A program made the position numbers and the translations under genes. A model generated the notes under the pieces. The model did no database searches. It saw only the letters and a list, made by a program, of their open reading frames with translations, and had not been told where the DNA came from. DNA of 63,980 nt, filler included, from Intoshia linei (lineage: Eukaryota; Animalia; Orthonectida), in assembly GCA_001642005.1 (NCBI GenBank). It is 5 parts of 5 records of this genome, joined end to end, with 100 filler letters (N's around TTAATTAATTAA, not from the genome) between each part and the next. Parts side by side here need not be neighbours in the genome. Positions count along the whole stretch, not along the records: positions 61,973 to 63,980 come from LWCA01002438.1; 4 more parts are not named here. The stretch is one strand, 5' to 3'. Numbering within the stretch: position 1 is the stretch's first letter; every line of letters starts with the position of its first letter. Shown piece after piece: positions 62,103 through 63,980 of the stretch.

Positions 62103-63464
62103 AGTAGCACCAAATCCATACTCTAAAGCATCTGTCTCTAACACAAACGACTTATTCTAATCAACATGCTTAACGAAGCTAGCTTTACATAATTCATCTT
62201 TTATCAATACAAAGGAATCGATTCAATACTCTTTTTACGTGATTTAAATGCTCTAATTTATTTGAGGAATAAATAATTATATCATCAAGATATACAACTG
62301 TACATTGGAGCCCTGCTAACACTTTGTCACTAAGCCGTTGACATGACGAAGGTCCATTCGTCAACCCAAACGGTAAGACTTTAAATTGGAATAATTTATT
62401 GCTTAAACCAGTTGCATTGGTTGCAAAAGCTGTGAATTTTCTATCTTGCTTTCTAACAGGGATTTGCCAAAATTCCTTCGACAAATCTATGGTTGTGAAT
62501 ATGTTCCCTTTCTTCAATATATCAAACATTAATGTCGGACTGGGTGTAGGATATAAATCCTTTAAACTAACACCATTTAATTCACGGAAATCGACTACAA
62601 AGCGATCTTTCCCATCTTTTTTAGGTACAGGAAAACAAGGAGATCGCCAACTGCTCTTTGATGTTTTCAATTATGTTGATTTCTAACATTCCTTGGAGAT
62701 GTTTACGTAATTGGTTTCTAACGTTTCCCGGTGCAGCATACACCGGTCCCTGTATGGACTTTGTGCTATCCTTCAATTCAATTTCAAATTCTATCGTACT
62801 TGTTTTTCCCGGCTGCTCGCTAAAGACATCTGAGAACTCTTTTACTAGTGGTTTCATATAAGGCTGCGATGCTGCTAAACGATTCTGTACATCTCCAACA
62901 TTAGTTGTTCCAAATGGACTGTTGTACAGTTCCCAATCCTGCTCAATTTTCATTTTCAAGATTAAATTCTTAAATGCAATTTAATTCTAATGGTGTATCC
63001 TGCAATGCTCTGCTTTCACTTGACACCTGGATGTCATCAGCTACTGTTTGCACAATCAACGACTGACAATCATTCGTTGTTTGTATCAATCCTACATTTT
63101 GCGTGTTTGAACACGTGAATAATTGATGAGCCAATTCGAAATTGAATACTAAATAATTTTCTGCTAAATTTAAAATTATTCCATGAAAAATGAAAAATTC
63201 CATTCCCAAAATGATCTCGAATTCATACGGCCAAGGTGTCAAAAGATAACAATCTACTTTAACTGCTACACTGCCATAACAAAGAGGTACAATAACTTGC
63301 TTGTTGGTTTCAATATTTCCACCAAATGCTACTACAAAGGATTGTCTTGCTACTGCTTTTGCTTCAAATTGTTTCTCAAACTGCTCACTGCAAAAATTTT
63401 TTGATGCGCCAGTGTCCACTAAGATGGGGGCCAAATTGTTGGCACAAAATGCTTCAATAATCAT
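62103..63464 (-). mobile_element. Degenerate Ty3/Gypsy pol (protease-RT-RNase H start)
   Basis: LVDTGAS (protease), SSWRSP..VPKKDG..RFVVDFR.LN, LPFGLTNGP, YLDDIII (RT) and FVLETDA...GFGA.L (RNase H); has a stop, a frameshift and an internal deletion. Confidence 0.93.
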
Positions 63465-63980
63465 TGTGTGGAAAAATTTTTGCTAAAAAAATTTTTTAAA
63501 ATATTAACTAACACACTTGACTTTAATATGTAATGGTTATCAATGGAAGATAGGTTATTAAATCTTGTAATCCTGTAGATTTAATGTCCGAATCTAACAA
63601 TATATAATTTCGATAAAATATGCGTGCTCAGCCAAGGACAGCTTAAACCAGGACGGAATACGAGACATTCTAGTAAAAAGATTGTAGGCGGGATTTTTTT
63701 TTGCTCTAAGATATATAATAATATGTTTGAATTAATTATATGTCGGAAATTACTCCTTCATTGAATACACACTTGTCCATATTTCGTAAAAATAAAAAAA
63801 TAACGCGCTTACAGTAAATATTCGTAAAAATATAGTTATTTATAATAAAGTTACAATAAAAACTTTACTTATGAAACGAGCTAATAAATAACAATACCTT
63901 GTTTAACATTTAAATAACATTTATTCTTTTTCAGCTATTTTCTACTTATTATGCCACGAAAGTGTTCCTCAGCAAATTGC

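Overview
AT-rich eukaryotic (metazoan) genomic scaffold with very short introns (mostly about 33-45 nt) and four assembly gaps carrying an artificial TTAATTAATTAA spacer. The compact, low-GC, mini-intron layout suggests a reduced invertebrate or parasite genome; an orthonectid such as Intoshia is a guess, not verified. Recognisable host genes: Taspase-1, an Ovo/Shavenbaby zinc-finger factor, three tandem partial CLC chloride channel/transporter copies, Nup107, BCCIP, dynactin p24 (DCTN3), the 5' part of THOC3, TRMT5, a secreted vWA-domain gene, a kinesin-6 (KIF23-like) pseudogene, a 598-aa orphan repeat protein and an intronic 5S rRNA. Intergenic and intronic space is full of transposon relics: a non-autonomous Helitron family, hAT MITEs with 8-bp TSDs, Tc1/mariner/pogo fragments and Ty3/Gypsy remnants. 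Most notable: (i) each CLC copy is followed by a Helitron 3' end and one copy lies between the 5' and 3' parts of a Helitron, suggesting rolling-circle capture or amplification; (ii) BCCIP and DCTN3 coding exons appear to overlap on opposite strands; (iii) two head-to-head gene pairs are separated by only about 120 bp; (iv) Ovo lacks an N-terminal SNAG but has an eh1-like motif; (v) the orphan protein has a periodic SWxDYRK module. Gene models were built by eye, so exon boundaries not explicitly stated are approximate.
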